Shown piece after piece: positions 25,936 to 39,194 of a DNA stretch of 64,000 bases. Below the pieces are notes generated by a model that did not search any database, was not told the DNA's origin, and worked only from the letters and a program-made list of their open reading frames with translations. The stretch's first letter is position 1. Each line of letters begins with the position of its first letter. The DNA is taken from positions 364,498,001 through 364,562,000 of the forward strand of contig OZ024743.1 in the NCBI GenBank assembly GCA_964016885.1, read 5' to 3'. Made by a program: the position numbers and the translations under genes. The DNA comes from Eledone cirrhosa. Lineage: Eukaryota.

Positions 25936-28271
25936 CATCATCATCGTTTAATGTCTATTTTCCATGTTAACATGGGTTAGATGGGATTGTCCCATTCAGA
26001 GGCAAGTTGGGTTGTATGACCGTGTCTTGCTCATATATAGGACTGTTTCTGGCTGGTTTTCTACTGCCAGATGCCTTTCCTAACGCCAACCACATTTACA
26101 GTGTGTGCTGGGTGCTATATACACACACACACGATCATCATCGTTTAATGCATCTTCCACGTTAGCATGGGTTAGACGGGAATTGTCCCACTTGAGGCAA
26201 GATTGGTCGGGTGACCATGTCTTGCTCATATAGGACTATCTGGCAGGTTTTCTACGGCTGGATGCCCTTCCTAACACCAACCACATTTACAGTGTGGACG
26301 GAGTTTTTTACCGTGTTACCTACACGGCTACATTACAGCATGGACTGCGTTATTCCATTTGGTTGTAGTGGCGCTGATAATGTTAGAATGCAATGTGTCT
26401 TTGGAAAGATGGTTGCAGCGAGATTGGGCAGTGTGATTTGTAGTTTTTGTAGTAGGTGACCACCGCTTAAGGTTTCTTCAAAAAGGATCCGCCTAAGTTA
26501 CAGAGTCATTTACACATATGTGTTTGTGCATAGAACAATGTGAAAAAGACAGAAGTCAGAGGTAAGTAGTTAATTAGTTCATTGTTTTACGATTGTTTCA
26601 GAGGGTCGATTGAGCATGGGAGATCGATGTATTGACTAGCAAAGTAGTGGTTAGGCTACTACCTATTTCTAGTCTCGAAATTTAAGAATAAAAGTTCTAC
26701 TTAGTAATATAAATATGCTCCTTAATATTATTTAACAAAAATATAGATGTCATGTTTGATATATTTATATATGTGTCTATCGTTTTATAATTTTATAATA
26801 AATGCTCAAATTTATTCCTTGGAATCTTTCTTTGATATTTTCTGACATGACATCTATATATTTTTTCCCCAAATCACATCCTATTATCCTATATTTCCCA
26901 TGAAATACCCAGTATTTGAAGGGATTTAATAAATTATTATTTTATTACGACAGTATTTGTAACATAATTTAACAAAAGTTTGTATATCAAATTACGCTGG
27001 AGGAGTTTAATTTAAATACAAACTCTTTAAAATGAGTGGTACTGTTTCATAGAACCAGAGGAATATTTGGGCAGATTGGTATCAAAAAGGTTAAAAAAAA
27101 AAGAACACACTGGAGAACGTAGCCCTATATACACTATCTAATAAAAAACACGATGGTCACAGCTAACCTGAGTAAATAACAGTGCGTGTGTTTTGCACTA
27201 TGATGTGTTGTTTCTTGATTCTAAGAAAATTGAAATGTGGGTAACCTAGAACCATATCTAAAAGAGGCTAATTAGAAGAGTCACAAGAACATTGGATTAA
27301 AGGCATTACAGTATTCATTCTGGCTCTCTAAGCTGAGTTTAAATTCTATGGACAATTTTGCCTCTTATTCTTTCGTGATAAAACATAAATCCAGGATGAT
27401 TGATTAATGGAATTGTGAGAGCATGAGGGAGAATACCTTATAATAACTGTTCTGGCTCTATGCTTTCCGAGTTCAAATCCTGTCCAGTCTCTGTAAAAAT
27501 GAGAGGACTGGGTCCAGGCTTCCTATCATTAAAATACCATAGAAATCTATGAGATGCAACCTATGCAGCATACCTCAAGGGGATTAGGACTAAGTTTAGT
27601 AATCCTTTGTCATAAATACATCAATATCCCACATTTACTTATATGACAAGTTTATGACCTAAATTAAAAATATTCATCAATTTCCAATAAAATCTATAAT
27701 TAGTTCATTAAAATTTATTTTATCTAGATGTTTTATTTTAAAAATATTGAAATGTATTTTAATGATCTAATGCATTTTTAAAAATCTAACATTAATATTA
27801 ACCCTTTTGACATCAAGCTCCTGGTTCCATGATGCAAAGCTATTCATATTTTTCTAAAAAAAAAACCTTCCACCATAGTTTTATGGAAGAACTTTTTAAA
27901 TCCTGCACTGCAAGAAATAGCATTATTAGCATGATATTTTTGTAAAATACAAAACAGCGCTAAAACTGTATCACATTAAAGTCTTTAGTTTACTGCAAAT
28001 TTTCACAACCTGTCCACTAGTAAAGATGTTATAAATATTTAAATTAACACCCCGTTTTTAGATATTTTCTACTAAATCATTACAAGATGTTAAGTGTTAA
28101 TTTGTGCCATAAACTTTAGCTTAATAATGAAAAGGTTAGTTATATTACTAAATCCCTTCAAATTCTTGATTTTCAAAAATATTTGAAAATCAAAGGCAAC
28201 GCCTTTCATTAGAAATATGGAGACAGAAGAGTTAAATGTTTAAAAAGAAATCAGAAAGAATAAAACTTTAC

Positions 28272-28328
28272 CAGTAGGAAACCCTCCGCCGAAAAACATA
28301 TTGAACACTTCTTCCGCAGATATATCAC
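28272..28328 (-). CDS. DNAJB12: DNAJB12/14-like exon, G/F-rich region (GDISAEEVFNMFFGGGFPT)
   Basis: Acceptor aatttcag and donor G|gtaaag; 57 nt. Matches the DISxEEhFNMFFGGGFP family motif. Confidence 0.95.
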
Positions 28329-29291
28329 CTGAAATTACAGAAAAGTAGAAATTGAAGAAAGCTAAAAAGCTTTAGTTTATATTGGTGTGTCACAAGATGA
28401 AATAAGAATGAATTCGCAGCTCACACCTCTGCAAGTTTAGCTGGCCTCACCCTAACAACTTAATGCATAGCCTGGTAACTAGGGTGTTGGATTCATGATC
28501 ATAAGATTGTGGGTTTGATTCCTGCATTACGTGGCATATGTTCTTGAGCAAGTTGTTTTATTTCACATGGCTCTTCATGATAGGGCTTGGGACACTCCCA
28601 TTAAAACACCCAAGAAACCTCCTATGAAATACAAACTTGTAGAAGGCTAGTTAAACCAACATGGGTGTAAATTTTATTTTTTTCAGAGTTTGATGTATTT
28701 AGGATTGAATTTTCCAAATATTGACAAGTCTGGTTGATCAAAGTTGAGGTTGCACAACAATAACAGCAAGAGAAAAATTGAAGAAATCAAACTAGCTCAT
28801 CTATGCAATAAGTGTCCATATTTATACATCATCATCATCAACGTTTAACGTCCGTGTTCCACGCTTGCATGGGTTTGGACGGGGGTATTCCCACTTGAGG
28901 CAAGAGTGATTGATTGTCTTGCTCGCATAGGACTGTCTGGCAGTCTAAACCCATTTCTGTATGAAAATTGCATATCAATAGCTTAGTTAACTTTCCATTT
29001 ACACACTAATTCATCTTAATAATTAATGAAACAATGCCAATTACCTATCAAGGTCCTTGGATGTTTTTCGTATAAAGTTTGGTTTGTAAGATAAGCAATT
29101 GAAATACAAAATTGCTGATAAGTATCTATTATATTAAAGTGCTAATAATTATATGCAAGGTATAAATTGTCTGTTATACTGTGGAAAGGTGACGGTAAGA
29201 GTGTATGTATGATAGAGCAAGAAAAAAAGGGCAGCAGTGGCAGCAAACACCAATATTATTTTATATTTTAATCCTGTGTATTTATACATAG

Positions 29292-29323
<32 letters not shown>

Positions 29324-29925
29324 TCACATTGTAGATGGTGGTGTTGAAATTTTCTTTTTTTAATTCTATGCTGTATGAAAAATACGTATATAAACATTGA
29401 TATTACACTTAAAATTACATTATCTTTAATACTTGATGGTAGTTTCTATTTATATTATGGAATTTTCACAGAATCAGCTAGTTATAATTTAAAGTTTAAA
29501 AACTTTCTCAAGCCTAGAGGTTCTTCAGGTTGTAGCTTATTCTGCTTTCATATAGAGTTAAGTAACTGTGGGTACTAAACTTCCCCTGGACATGCCTCCA
29601 GTAATCTGCTGTTGATACTCATGTTCCAGCTGAGTAGATTAAAACAACATGAAATGAAGTACATTATTCAAGAACGTAATGTACCATCCTGTCAGGGATG
29701 CAAACCTATGGCTATATGTTTGTGAATCCAACACCCAAACCACCCGGTCACATGCCTTCATTTTATAAGTATAGCATAATTAAAGCAACACTTCAAATAA
29801 TCATAAGACTAAATTTACAACATATTTGGGGATTGAGTGAAAAAAATTTACACAAATTAAAAAGAGGCTGGTTAACATTATAATATTCAAAAAGAATTAA
29901 GATATTCCAGAAAGGACTATCTTAC

Positions 29926-30066
29926 CTTCAAAACCCCGAGAATAGTCATAATGCTCATATCCATCCCTACTACAGCTCCGAGAGTGCTGGACAATATCCT
30001 CTCCATAGAGATCATACTTTTTCCTTTTATCTGCATCACTTAATACAGCAAATGCATTTCCAATAG
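29926..30066 (-). CDS. DNAJB12: DNAJB12/14-like exon, end of the J-domain (AIGNAFAVLSDADKRKKYDLYGED...DYSRGFE)
   Basis: Acceptor ttgttttag and donor G|gtaag; 141 nt, phase 1 to 1, in frame with both neighbours. Confidence 0.96.
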
Positions 30067-31391
30067 CTAAAACAACAAAAAGAGATATACATAATTGGAA
30101 TTGATAAAATTTAATTCCTCATGACAAATAAAAATTAAAACATTTTGAAGGAAAAAAAAAATGAATGCAAATTTTAAATATAAGTTATATTTCATTACAT
30201 ATATACATAGTGCCATTTAATCATAAAAAGTGAATGAGGAAATTAAACCATAACTGATTGATAAATACAAAGGCAATATCTGGAATATGAGAAACTGGTG
30301 AGCAGCTGTTAATGTGTAGAATGATCAGTGTTAAACAAAGCTTTGCAGTATTTATTCTGGCTTCTTAAAGTTCTGTAGTCTGTAACTAATGTATAATCTA
30401 GGGTAGTGGATTGGTGGAATTGTTAGAACATCAGACAGGATATCCGACAGCATTTTTTCCAGAACTTCTTTGCCCACTTATTCCTGAGAGAGTTGTAAGT
30501 GCAGAGTCCTTAGACATGCCTTCCAGAGGGTCCTATCAGAAGCAACTCTCTCCAAATGATTTAGATGGCTCCCCAAGCAAGACCAAACAAGTGCATGGAT
30601 GTTATTCAGTAATCATGTTCATGATCTACCCAAGTCACTTACCAGTTGGCTTTCCCTGTAAAATCTGTTCAGTGATTCTTTCCTTAGACATTCTAATATG
30701 TCCATAGTATCAGAACTGTGGTCCCCTGATGTGGAAAAATATTAGCTCTATCAGAGCAACTTTCTGAGTTCAAATATCACTGGTCTACTTGCAAGGTTAA
30801 TTTAACCTGTCACCTGGGTTAAACACCACCACCCAGCCTTAGGGTGTCATTAGTAGAGTCCATTATGTTGTAAGAACTCAGGTCACATCCCTCGTTTGAG
30901 GTGTATTAAGCCAGGACAAATACTATGAGGAATCTGGTCCAATGCTCTTATAATTCTGCTTGTCCATTACCCTAGACTGGTACTTTATTTTAAAGACACT
31001 CAAAAATATGAAAGGTGAATATGATCTTGGTATGATTCAAACAGAGTGCAGAGAATTGGAATAATACAAGGCATTTTGTCCCCTTTCTAACAACTCTGCC
31101 AATCTGCTGTCCACTTTAAATGTTTTCCACTTTATGAAAAAGTAATGGAAAATTATCTTGGTAATGTAAGCGCAATACAGAGGCTGACAAAGTTTGATCA
31201 CATAACCATGTGATCAGTAAAGCAGTAACTTAACCTTAGTGATTGTTTAGCATGAATTTGGTAATGTTAAGTACATTGTTTAAAATGTCATGTAGATTAC
31301 AATACATAGCAGGCTAGTGACAGAAATCCAATAGTTACAAGAGAAATTAAACTTGGAATTACCCAATTAAAAAAAAGTGAGATTAGCTTAC

Positions 31392-31537
31392 CTTTAAAGG
31401 CTTCAGTAGCACCAGGAGCCTTGTTCTTATCAGGATGCATTTTTAATGCTAATTTTCTGTATGCTTTTTTCAAATCAACATCTGTTGCATCCTTTGGGAC
31501 ACCAAGAATTTCATAATAATCTTTACATTTTTTAACT
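31392..31537 (-). CDS. DNAJB12: DNAJB12/14-like J-domain exon ([48 protein letters not shown])
   Basis: Acceptor ttatttcag and donor G|gtaagc; 146 nt, phase 2 to 1. Contains the HPD motif and [15 protein letters not shown], typical of DNAJB12/14. Confidence 0.97.
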
Positions 31538-32552
31538 CTGAAATAAATTTAAAAAAATGTATCTTGAAACAATGTACTGAAAAAGAAATCTGTAATGGTA
31601 AATCAAAATGCATAAACTACTTATTAATCATGAAATAAAAATTCTGATTAATGAGCAAGTTCAATACAGAGTAGGTAGTCAAGAGTTCAAACTGTACTTA
31701 TGGTCATTATGTTGACTTTAGCCAAAAATACGTAAAAACTGTTTACCCCAGTCAGTTTGGTTGACAAGTACAGCTGCAACTTTTGAATGAAGTGGTTTGT
31801 GAGAGAAATAAGTTCCAACAGTTTATTGTAGACCTAGTTGAGAGGAAGGCAGATATACCTAAATCTGAGGCCTGGTTCAAATGTTTGCAACAGAATGAAT
31901 CCTGCTAAAGGCCCCCAAGATATAGCTTGGCACATCTCTTTCATACATAAAGCATGTCCATACCAGTGAAATTTTCTCTCTTGCATACTACATTTGATTC
32001 CTCATATACCCATTTTTTACACACCTTTCAGTTCAATCAGGCTATGTCAATCACGCACACTAATATTATACATCAAACAGTATGTTTGTTTCATGCTCAC
32101 ATTGTATTTCATGCACATGTTTCATACAATCTGCTCTTAATTCAAAAATAGTATCCTTGGCTGCCAGCAGAACCCATAGTTTTCTGAATGTTTTCCACCC
32201 CATTCTAACAGAAGCCAATATGCTCATATACTATGAATTAGATCTCCGGTAAAAGACAAAATGTTTCTTCACTATTACCTACATTGATTCATGAAATTAA
32301 AGTGAAAGAATATAGAATGTTTATCAATTATCATTTTCCATAACACAGAATATCTTGTGTGTTTCGGAAGGAAATATGTAGAAATTTAATAGATAAACAA
32401 AATAATAAAAAAAAAAACTCAGAACAGGAGATAAAATAAACTTTTTAAAACAATTACATTGATTTTTGTTAATATAAATTACTTGTTATATAGTGTAATA
32501 ACCTGTAACATCTGCTGAAGAAAAACAAAACAAGTAGTGTGGAGAACAGCAG

Positions 32553-33530
32553 TCATCATCATCATCAACGTTTAACGTCCGTGTTCCACGCTTGCATGGG
32601 TTTGGACGGGGGTTTTCCCCACTTGAGGCAAGAGTGATTGTCTTGCTCGCATAAGACTGTCTGGCAGATTTTCTACAGTTGGATACCCTTCCTAACACCA
32701 ACCACATTTACAGTGTGGGGGCTGGGAGGTTTTTACCGTGTTGCCTACACGGCCACATTACAGCGTGGACTGTGTGTTTTTTTGTCGTGACACCTACACG
32801 ATCTCATTTGTTTCGGTGTGGATGGTGTGGCACCAACATAACTTTACATAGAAGGGGGTGGTGTGGATGGGGTGGGGGTGGTGGGACGGGGGTGTATTTT
32901 GTTAGAGATGCCTACTGACTGTAGTAGGTTTTACTTTGTATTTAGGTAAGGCGGGTCTTCTCTATTACTGAGTACCGCCAAAGGTCTCGGTCCAGTGACA
33001 TTGTCTTGGAGAGGTGTAAGTGTGTGAGGTCGGAGTTTATCAGCTCGTCCCATGTTTTTCTAGGTCTGCCTATTCCGTGGCTACCGTCTATCTTTATTGC
33101 CCTGCACTTTGTTATACAGCTATCGACTTTCATGCGCATCACGTGTCCATACCAGCGTAGCCTTCTCTCGAGTAAACAACATCTGATCCCTCTTATTTCT
33201 AATTTTTTCTTTAGTTCATTTATGCTTTGCCGTTCACGTATATTACTATTACACATCCAGCGAAGCATGCAAGCTTCGTTCCTCTCTAGTCTGCGTATAT
33301 CCTCTGCACACAATGCCCAGGTCTCACTACCATGCAACATTGCTGTTCGTATGCAGGCATCATACAACCTGCCTTTCGTTTTTAGGGAGAACCCTTTAGC
33401 GGCTAATAGTGGTATAAGCTCTCTGAACTTTTTCCATCCAGTTCTGACTCTAGCTACTGTACTTTCAGAGCACCCTCCCCCACTGCTGATTTTGTCACCC
33501 AGGTAATGGAAGCTGTCCACTATTTCTATA
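32553..33530 (-). mobile_element. 5'-truncated RTE LINE (RT C-terminal part plus 3' UTR)
   Basis: ORF 32942-33535 with DSFHYLGD...HGSETW...RRLRWYGHVMRM...GRPRKTW; (GAT)n tail. Confidence 0.93.
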
Positions 33531-33869
33531 AACAAAATTACATTGTATCAGTAGGTGATATAGAAAATACACAAGTTCATGATTATATACAACCTTTACT
33601 ACAATTATATATTAATGTTCAAAATATATAATATTTTACTTGTTATAGTGTTTACAGTGAAATATTTATAATTTTAAATTGTTTTTTTATGATTAAAAGT
33701 TCCACTTTGAATGGAACAGTAATTATTAAATCTGTCAAAAAATGATTTTTAATAAATATAACAGGTGTGGGTGAAGGAGTGTTAGGGCATAGGAGGTGTA
33801 TGGAAGGGATGCGAGAGGATAGAGGTTAAGTAGTGCATACTAGATGTATGCTTCAACCTGTGCGCATGG

Positions 33870-35900
33870 GAAGGTGGGTCTTCTGTATTACTGCATAACG
33901 TCAAAGATCTCAATCCTGAGTTATAGCCTTTGAGAGGTGTAATTGTACAAGGTCATCTTTTATCACCTCATCCCAGGTCTTTCTACACCATAGCTTCCAT
34001 CAACTTTGATTGCCCTGCATCTTTTTATACAGCTGTCATCTTTCATAAGCATCACATGGCCATACCAACGCAATCTCCTCTCTTGCACACTGCATCAGAT
34101 CCCTTTTATGCCTAGTTTCTCTCAGTTCATTTATGCTTTGCTGTTCATGTATATTACTACTACACATCCATTGGAGCATGCCAGCTTCATTTCTTTCCAA
34201 TCTTCACAGGTCCTCTGCACACAGTGCCCAGGTCTCACTACCATGCAACATTGCTGTTTGTATACATGCATCATACGATCTACCCTTTATTTTGAGGGGA
34301 AAACCTTTTCTAGCTAGCAGCAATAGTAGCTCCCTGAATTTTCTCCATCCTGTTCTCACTCAGCTTATTGTACTTTTGGAAAATCCTGAGTTAACTTGGT
34401 CCCTAATCAGCTGTGCTATAACTCTTTCTGTGACTTTCATGACCTGGTTAACTAACTTGATGCTTGTATAGTTTTCTCTGATTAGAGCATCTCCTTTGCC
34501 CTTGTAGCAGTTGATGATGGTGCTGCTATGACACCATTTTGTATTACTTGGTTTACAATATGGGTGGCCATGGCGTGACTCACCATCCCAGATGCTTTTA
34601 GCATCTTAGCAACTATCCCTGAAGGTACAGCTATTTGCCTGCTTTCATATCTTTGATTGCCTTGCTTACTATACTACTACTAACTTGCACAGTCAACTAT
34701 CTTCTTCCCATGCATTCTCCTCATTTAGTAGTCTTTCATAGTGACACTTCATGTGACCTTCTTTTCAGCATTAGTGAGGGTGAGTACTCCACTATCATCA
34801 GAAACACACTTCTCCCCATCAACATCACAATTTTCCTTGACACACTGCCTTGCAATCCTGAACACCTTAGGCCTTTGGTCTTTGTGATGCAGAACATGCT
34901 TAATTTTTTTATTTTCCGCTTCTCTTCATGTAAAGTACACTTGTTGCCTAGCTTCTCTCCTAGCTTTCTGGTAGATTTCTCTACTTCCCCCATACTGCCA
35001 TTCTTTCTATGCCTGTCTTTTGGCCTTAATTGTCTCCACCCTACTGATCCGGCACCAAGTCACTTTCCTTCTCCCCAGAGACCTGCTCCAACCACAGATT
35101 TCGTTTGTCACCTTCAGCAGGTTATCTTTGAGGAATTCCCACTGCTCCTCTATACTGTACGTCTCTATTTGCTCTTCCTTACTGTCAAAAGCATCAAGCA
35201 GCATACCTCTAAATTTGTTACTGGCTGTGGGGTCCTTTAACTTCCATATTCTACTCCTTCAGGTTGTCCTCTATTGTCAAGTTCGTCTAGCCTTAACTAT
35301 AAGGTTGCTAACTACTAGGTTATGTTGGAAGGTGCATTCTTCACCAGGGAGGGACTTTGTATTTACAACCGTCACTGCCTCATCTTCTGGTAAGGATAAA
35401 ATCTATTTGGCTAGTATGTTCCCCTGATCTATAGGTGATCAAGTGATTGTCTCGTTTTTTGAAGTTCATATTATAGATAGGTAAATCTTTGGTCTCACAG
35501 AATTCCAGGAGCCTGAAACCTTCATTTCTAGCACCAAACATTACTTCCATAAATCCCATCAAAGTCATCGCAGTGTTGCCTGACATGACCATTAAAGTTG
35601 CCTGCAATGATTATGAAGTTACCATCACTTATTTCGGAAGTTGTGTGCATTAGGGATTCATAGAATCTGTGTTTTTGTACGTCCAACAGACCAGATTGGG
35701 GTGCATATGCAGATATAATTGACATGGTTATTCAATTTAGTACTAATCTAATTTTAATGATTGTCGTTCACTCCATTTACAGCAATAATCTTACCTACCC
35801 ATTTTTCTGCTAACATAATCCCTATACCACCCATAAGCCATGTCTTCACTTTATTCACATCTTTATCACCCACTAACTCCCACCGTGGAAGGCCTTAAAG
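33870..35900 (-). mobile_element. Older RTE LINE of the same family with the RT core deleted
   Basis: SIISAYAPQ, AGNFNGHV and QIDFIL endonuclease motifs, then CYKGKGDAL..NY..IKL, jumping near 34385 to the GWRKFRELL region. Confidence 0.85.
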
Positions 35901-36279
35901 CAAACATTCTTTGTTTCTTTGTCACACTTTGTTCTGTCCTCATCTACCCTTCCCCACCTCTGCAGGTTGGTGTTGTACATTATGCATTATAAGTATTACA
36001 GACCTTTTGCACACACACACTAAAAGATCACACATCTAAATAGAAATTTACCTGTAATTTGAGTAATTTTGAGACAAAAATCCCATCAGAAATTTATGTA
36101 AGAATCTTTTAATCCTTTTCATACCAGCCCAGTTAAAACTGGCTCTGGTTCTATAAAACAAAAGTATCCATTTTAAAAGGAACCTATTTAAATTAACATC
36201 TTACCATCATTTTATATAATAGTTTTAGTAAATTCCTCAAAGTCCTGAACCACACATGTTAATAAAATAAGAAGCAAAC

Positions 36280-36469
36280 CTTTTGACAGCTATCAACTGA
36301 TCCTCTGTATAATCATCAGCTGCCTTTCCAGTGTGGCCTGAATTGGTTTTCTCTGAGCGATTATTATTTCTGGCAGCTTTTTCTTTGTGTACATTGTTAT
36401 CTGCACCATCACCACTTTGTCTGCGACCAGCAGTACTACCATTTAATTGGCTCAGCTTCTCCATAAGGT
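36280..36469 (-). CDS. DNAJB12: DNAJB12/14-like internal exon (linker before the J-domain, DLMEKLSQ...YTEDQLIAVKR)
   Basis: Acceptor ttttttcacag and donor AG|gtttgc; 190 nt, phase 1 to 2. YTEDQLIAVKR resembles the DNAJB12/14 pre-J segment and splices in frame to the J-domain exon. Confidence 0.9.
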
Positions 36470-38075
36470 CTGTGAAAAAATATACATGATGATGATGATA
36501 AATATCTGTATGTGTTTGTGTGGGTATATATACATACATACACAGTAAATCACAGATCCAGCTATTAGATGTACACTATGTACTTTTGTGGAGATGCAAG
36601 ATTTTAAACATCCCCACCCCCTTTTCTTTCTCAAAATAATGGAAGACTAATAATTATGCAAAGCAGAGCATTTTATAAAGATTTTTCAGCGAAAACTAAA
36701 CCGGAAATAAATACTAATAATCGCTATCAAACACAGCTACCATAACACTAGTGTCATAGATAACTATCGTCACTATATCACAATGTTAAAGTCTGAAGAG
36801 ACAACATGATAGCTGAAAGTGCTAACAGATTTTATCATAATATACATCTGAACTGTCAATCTATTTCATATGCATGCGGATGCACACACAAAGTACACAT
36901 TGCAAAGTATTTGGCATAAGGGAGAGAATCTGATTGTAGAAACCATGCCAAAATTGGAGCATATGTAAGCAAGATGTAGCCCTCCGGCCTGGATAGGAGG
37001 AAAGTAGCTTTGATTAAGTACAAGCAGCCCTCAAGTTTCAGCTATTTGACTTTCATATTCTTTGGACTTTCAGACAATAAATTGACACCCCTAATTCAAA
37101 TTCTGTACTCTAAAAATCTAGACATTCGGTTTTTTTTTTAACAAACTGAATTAGACCTATGTAATGTATGCTTTTATTTGATTTTCACCTTTCTAAAGGC
37201 ACAATGTCATAACATTCTCATAATATATTGTAAGCAAGCATTGCTTTTATAGCTGAAATTTTGTCTAAAATATGCTAGAATAAAATCAACTGTGTACATC
37301 AAAATCCATGCTCAGCACAATACTCCTGTAGACGATTTCCACTCATTTGTTTGTAAAGAAACTGACACTATGACAGCTATTTATTACACAACAACCTTAT
37401 ACAAAAGCAGTTTTTAAAGATCTTTTTTATAGTATTAAATCTGACAAAAATGAGTACAAAGCATAAAAGTGATGATGCTGGTTTGAATGCAAAGAAGTGT
37501 AGGCTTTATAAAAATAATACAATAGAGTTAAAACTGGATATTATTAATTGTTCAGAAACTGGGGAGTATCAATCTTCTATAAGCAGGGCTTTGAACAAGA
37601 GCCAATCACTTGTATGTTCAATTATAAAGGACAAAAAGAAAATAGAAGAACTTATATGTAATACAGGAAATATATCAATGACTATTATAGAAAGAAAAAC
37701 AGGAATAATGGAAAAGAATGGAGAATGTTTTTTTTAACAGTTTGGATTGATAACCAACATAGAAAAAAAATGTTCCAATTCAAGACGAGACTATCAATTT
37801 ATATATAAATTGGAAGGAATGCTTGCATGAACAGACAGACTGCTAATTCTACAGAAATTCAAGAAATGGGCAGCATAAAGAGAAAAAGCTAGTGCAGATT
37901 AAGGGGATTATGATGCCCAACAGATTTTTAATGTTGATGAGTCTGGGTTATTTTGGAAGATGCCTGGAAGAACAGATTTATCAGTTGTTGAGATAATTGC
38001 ACCTGGGCATAAAAGCAGTGAAAGGCAGACTGATAACAGAGCTGGTGACTTTAAACTAAAACCAATACTAGTCTA

Positions 38076-39194
38076 TCTAAACCAAAGGTTCTCAACAGGG
38101 GGCGTTTCAGAACTCCAGGGCGGGGCGTTTGGGAGCAAGGTCGCGTTAGGGGGCGTTTGGAGCTGGGGGAGGGGGTTAGGGGGGCGCTGGGTTTTTCCAT
38201 TTTTTAGGATCTCAATTACCGGTTAACGTCTCAATTACCGGACATGCCTGCACACCTGCTCACAGCTGCGGTCAGACTACAGTTATGCTGTCTGCAGCTG
38301 TGAGCAGGTGTGCAGGCATGTCCGGTAATTGAGATCCTAAAAATGGGAAAACCCACAGTCAACTGGGTCTAAGACACTTTGAGCGCAGAAAGTTAGAATC
38401 TTGTCTGAAATTATTGACTCAACCGTAACGAGTTAACACTATGTAGATCTATTTTATTCCCTATTGTATAAATAATATTACAAATAAAAAAAGAAAAGAA
38501 AAAAACAGAAGCGAGTAGAACACGCATCTAGGACCACATACAACACATAATCAGATAATACACACATGTTTGGAATATTGTTAATCAATTTTTTAGTAAT
38601 CTACTGATATAAAAATCAGTAGTATATTGAAAAAGTGAAAAAATGGGGGGGGGGGCATTTCGTGATTTCGAGGGACAAAGGGGGCGTTTGGCCTAAATGG
38701 GTTGAGAACCTGTGATCTAAACTATAATAAAGGAAGGTCTGCAGGATTGCGTATGGTTTATTTTTTTTTATCCCATTTGTAAAATAAGTTGTATTACTTT
38801 GAATAAATAATGAATGAATATTACATAATTTATCTACTAAATTTTGTGGCTGTTGAATAAATATATTTTGTTTATTTAAATATTCACTTCTTTAAAATTT
38901 CTCAAATGTCAACACTTCCAGTTGGCCCTCGCTTAAATAAACATACTAATTTTCTCCTAATGCAGTTTATATATAATATTGTCTTTTTTAATGTATCATG
39001 GATTACGTTACTGATTAAATAAGACAGTGTAATGCAGTCTTTGTTCAATTTCTATGTATTATATATTGTCAATTACGATTTTATTTGATGTATCATATCT
39101 ACATGTATATATATATATATATACCTGCATATAATATCAATATACACAGTACACATGCTAGCAGAAAACCACCCAAGGGTGATTTTTCTGCTAG
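38076..39194 (+). mobile_element. Non-autonomous Helitron inserted in the Tigger transposase
   Basis: 5' end A|TCTAAAC(TATAATAAAGG); 3' palindrome ending CTAG|T. Removing it restores GTC TA|T CAT TCT (VYHS) with no TSD. Confidence 0.85.
38083..38714. mobile_element. hAT-Charlie-like MITE
   Basis: TIRs CAAAGGTTCTCAAC and GTTGAGAACCTGTG; perfect 8-bp TSD ATCTAAAC at 38075 and 38715. Confidence 0.92.

Noticed and set aside
25345-25980. ORFs rich in Y/I/H/T or V/C/Y
   Set aside because: These are microsatellite translations fused to the LINE end.
36785-36840. Second hammerhead-like string CTGAAGA...GAAAGTGCTA
   Set aside because: Stems I and II pair poorly; at most a decayed relic.
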